DNA from: an uncultured Nitrospirales bacterium
GTDB lineage: Bacteria; Hydrogenedentota; Hydrogenedentia; Hydrogenedentales; SCBR16-9
DNA: 64,000 bases
NCBI GenBank assembly: GCA_964537975.1
Contig: CAZIDP010000010.1
Location: 39,433 to 103,432, forward strand
Reading direction: 5' to 3'
The notes below the pieces were generated by a model. That model had not been told where the DNA came from and did no database searches. It was given only the letters and a program-made list of their open reading frames with translations. Every line of letters begins with the position of its first letter. Within the stretch, counting starts at the first letter, position 1. This document shows, piece after piece, positions 61,374 through 64,000 of the stretch. The position numbers and the translations under genes are program-made.

Positions 61374-62804
61374 TTAGTTGCTGCGCAGCATTACTACAAT
61401 ATCATCTACAAATTCTGGAAGTTCAACACGAACCTGATCGCCATCCTGGGTAAAATCAGCGTCAACGAGTTCTCCCGTCCGGGGTTGAAACAGTGAAACA
61501 CTGCCCAGGTATTCGGGAGCTTGGAGTACTACTTGAGAAGCTGCGTAGGTGTTGTTCCAGGTATGTGAACCACATTCAAGATAGACAAGATGCAGTTCGG
61601 GAGATCGCATTCCATAAGCTTGTGGCGTAACAGTCTCAGATAAAATAATGCTGTCATCGACAACCAAAGCGGGCCACTGGTCTTTGATCATGTTCCAAAA
61701 TGCTCTCAGTGCTTCGGCGTATTGCGGCCAGTATTCCATATCGCGATAATCAGCACGATCTATGGGTGTTTTCCAATAACAGCCTATGGATTGCAAATTG
61801 GAGAACATGCTGCGATAGCACAACGTGCGGTATCGGGTCTGATGTTCTGGTCCCACTTGTGATTCATCCAGAAACATATAATCTTCACGGTGATTGCGAC
61901 CATCGCTGGGTCGTACACTCACGATAGGTTTCTGGAAGGTATCAAAGGCCTGCCTGGCGTGTGCTGGACTTTTCAGCTCATTAAACATAATGATGTCGAA
62001 GTGATGTGCGTAAGGCCCAAAACGTTCCGGAGTATAATGATGCTCGGAATCTACACCTACCAGGAAGTGCCAATCGTTTTCTACTTCCCATTCCCGAATC
62101 CACCGTACTACCTCAACCGCCCATTCCAGGGTACCCATTTCATTCCCAAGCTCGTTAATCACATCAATCATGATATTCTTCCGCCCTTTGACGGCATCCA
62201 GGATACGTGTCACCCACTCCCGCTGGTGTTCCCGCGCTCGGCTGTCCGCTGGTGCATCAATATATTGACGGCCACGGCTGAATTCATTGGTCCAATCGTT
62301 GATATTGTTCTGTGGATTAATGTAGTTCGCTTCCCAGCGTGTAGCTCCTGCCTTAAAAAAAACTATCTGCCAAAGTTGCAGGTGAACTATGATGTCCAGT
62401 TCTTCCAGCCGAGCAAGATTATTACGAAGCATAGTAAAATAGGCATCATTGAACCGATCCACATCCCACAGCTCTTCATCTTCACTTCTATGAAATGGCT
62501 GCTGCTCACAAGGTGTTCCCCAGGCAACCATCGGTATGGAAGTGGGATAAGCACGTATCAGGTTCATACCATGGCTTTTCTGCCAGGTAGCCCAACGTTC
62601 CAAATCCGCGGCACCTGCCAGGGTCCTGGCTTCATCCGCTGGACCAAAGGCAAATAATGGTTCTCCATCATAGGTTAAATAGGGCTTGCCTTCTGGCCCT
62701 TGCGCGATTTCCAGCCCATTACCTTGTGCATTTACATTTGACATAAATGCGGCTATGAAAATAACCACAACAGCAAAACGACAAAACATGAGATACGCCT
62801 CCAA
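61374..62804 (-). CDS. Secreted GH5-like (clan GH-A) putative glycoside hydrolase
   Basis: Signal peptide, GMNLIR, DRFNDAYF, VINE acid/base-like motif, C-terminal beta domain. Confidence 0.55.
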   Translation of the reverse strand: MEAYLMFCRFAVVVIFIAAFMSNVNAQGNGLEIAQGPEGKPYLTYDGEPLFAFGPADEARTLAGAADLERWATWQKSHGMNLIRAYPTSIPMVAWGTPCEQQPFHRSEDEELWDVDRFNDAYFTMLRNNLARLEELDIIVHLQLWQIVFFKAGATRWEANYINPQNNINDWTNEFSRGRQYIDAPADSRAREHQREWVTRILDAVKGRKNIMIDVINELGNEMGTLEWAVEVVRWIREWEVENDWHFLVGVDSEHHYTPERFGPYAHHFDIIMFNELKSPAHARQAFDTFQKPIVSVRPSDGRNHREDYMFLDESQVGPEHQTRYRTLCYRSMFSNLQSIGCYWKTPIDRADYRDMEYWPQYAEALRAFWNMIKDQWPALVVDDSIILSETVTPQAYGMRSPELHLVYLECGSHTWNNTYAASQVVLQAPEYLGSVSLFQPRTGELVDADFTQDGDQVRVELPEFVDDIVVMLRSN

Positions 62805-63049
62805 TTATTTTGTGCAAATTTTTTTGTGCATATTTGCGTACTTCCCTCAGATTTAGAACTAACAAATAATCAGCTCCATTCTTGATTATGCCTGATATTT
62901 TTGAATAGTTTCATTATGAAATTATCATTACAACATTTTGTATCTATTCCGACTTGATTTATGAAGTGCATCTAGAAAACAATGCATGTATTCAAACAAC
63001 ACTTTCGATATCGAATAAACCCGTTTTAATCCTGTGGAGGACACATATA

Positions 63050-64000
63050 ATGAGCTGCATCTTGCTTTTTTGTAGCCTGATAGGAGTATTTACTGCTGAG
63101 ACGCCGATTGCACGCTGGTCAGGAGCTGAATTGGATGGTGGCGCCGCATCCGTTTTTGGCTCTGTGCATTACAATGTAGGTGGTGTAAATTTTATTTACG
63201 CGGAGGGCACCGGACTGAATACCATGTCAGCCAAATTCACACTGACACAGGTACCTGAAACTGAATTGGCTCTGTATTTATTGGCACGGCAGGATGATTC
63301 TGAAAACGATGTGCCGATACAAATCTTGTTGAACGATCAACTAATATATGATGCATTGAGTACGCATGACCGTAATTCTTTCGACTGGAAGTCACACAGC
63401 ATACCCGCGGGCATGATACACGCGGGAGAAAATCTCCTAGAAATAAAGAACATTGCTATGGAAGGCAGTGCGGGTATGCCGCCCTGGTTCATGGTGTCCA
63501 GAATAGTGATTGCGAGCAGTGCATTTGACCCGACAGCCCCACCACCATTTTCTGAAAATGTGTTTATCGATTGGCCCTTACCGGAACCTGTAATACCAGA
63601 TCTAGTTACACTGGAAGCATCAGGCGGATTCCCATTACGCGGTACCAAAGGCTGGTTATGGACGGTTGATCAGTATCTGGATGAAGTAAAACCACTGGCA
63701 GAGATGGGTGGAAATTTTTTGATGATCTGTTATGGCTCGATGTGTGACATTGAAAACTACCCCTGGGGACATCCGCAGTGTAATCGGTGGTGGGAACCGC
63801 TTCCCGATAATAAAAAAGCAGACTACGAGCAATTGCTAGCTCTGTGCAAAGAACATGACATTGAGTTGTGCCTGAGTTTTAATCCGAATCTGGGAGCACA
63901 GCGCATTTTAGATTATTCCAGTGATGCGGATTTTGAAGAACTCTGGCAACATTACGCATGGATGGCAGAATTGGGAATGAAATGGTTCAGCCTGGCACTG
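63050..64000 (+). CDS. Secreted GH84-like beta-N-acetylglucosaminidase domain protein (partial, runs off window end)
   Basis: Manual translation from ATG 63050 (GGAGG RBS): MSCILLFCSLIG...FPLRGTKGWLWT...NFLMICY...RWWEPLP...GMKWFSLAL, open to the end. Confidence 0.65.
   Translation, partial: MSCILLFCSLIGVFTAETPIARWSGAELDGGAASVFGSVHYNVGGVNFIYAEGTGLNTMSAKFTLTQVPETELALYLLARQDDSENDVPIQILLNDQLIYDALSTHDRNSFDWKSHSIPAGMIHAGENLLEIKNIAMEGSAGMPPWFMVSRIVIASSAFDPTAPPPFSENVFIDWPLPEPVIPDLVTLEASGGFPLRGTKGWLWTVDQYLDEVKPLAEMGGNFLMICYGSMCDIENYPWGHPQCNRWWEPLPDNKKADYEQLLALCKEHDIELCLSFNPNLGAQRILDYSSDADFEELWQHYAWMAELGMKWFSLAL

Noticed and set aside
1-64000. CRISPR arrays, tRNA/rRNA genes, transposases, integrases, prophage genes
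   Set aside because: No regularly spaced repeats, RNA gene signatures or mobile-element proteins were seen by eye

Overview
Bacterial chromosomal window with no rRNA, tRNA, CRISPR array or recognisable IS/phage. It is probably from Candidatus Hydrogenedentota; this is inferred from a lineage-typical 'ELLRLxQFYN...TEDGFAPG' repeat domain and a DUF1559/H-X9-DG prepilin-like gene. Most of it is housekeeping (argH, leuB, fba, pyk, lysC, rseP, dxr, ptsI/ptsH/hprK, hpf, type III glnA), bacillithiol synthesis (bshA/bshB1/bshC plus a methyltransferase) and many secreted glycan-active enzymes. The standout is an apparently undescribed RiPP-like cluster at 16.3-22.5 kb. It encodes a 39-aa peptide with a SCIFF/ranthipeptide-type leader (MKHIRTI) and a Cys-free, Trp-rich amphipathic core, two atypical GNATs, a CPBP intramembrane protease and an ABC-2 exporter. 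It ends with a CteB-like RRE-radical SAM-SPASM protein that has lost the CX3CX2C and AuxI cysteines, kept the AuxII set, and gained a C-terminal GNAT domain. Secondary highlights are a protease-antitoxin-Doc three-gene operon and a probable N-methyl-bacillithiol operon. All family calls come from reading motifs by eye; no searches were run.
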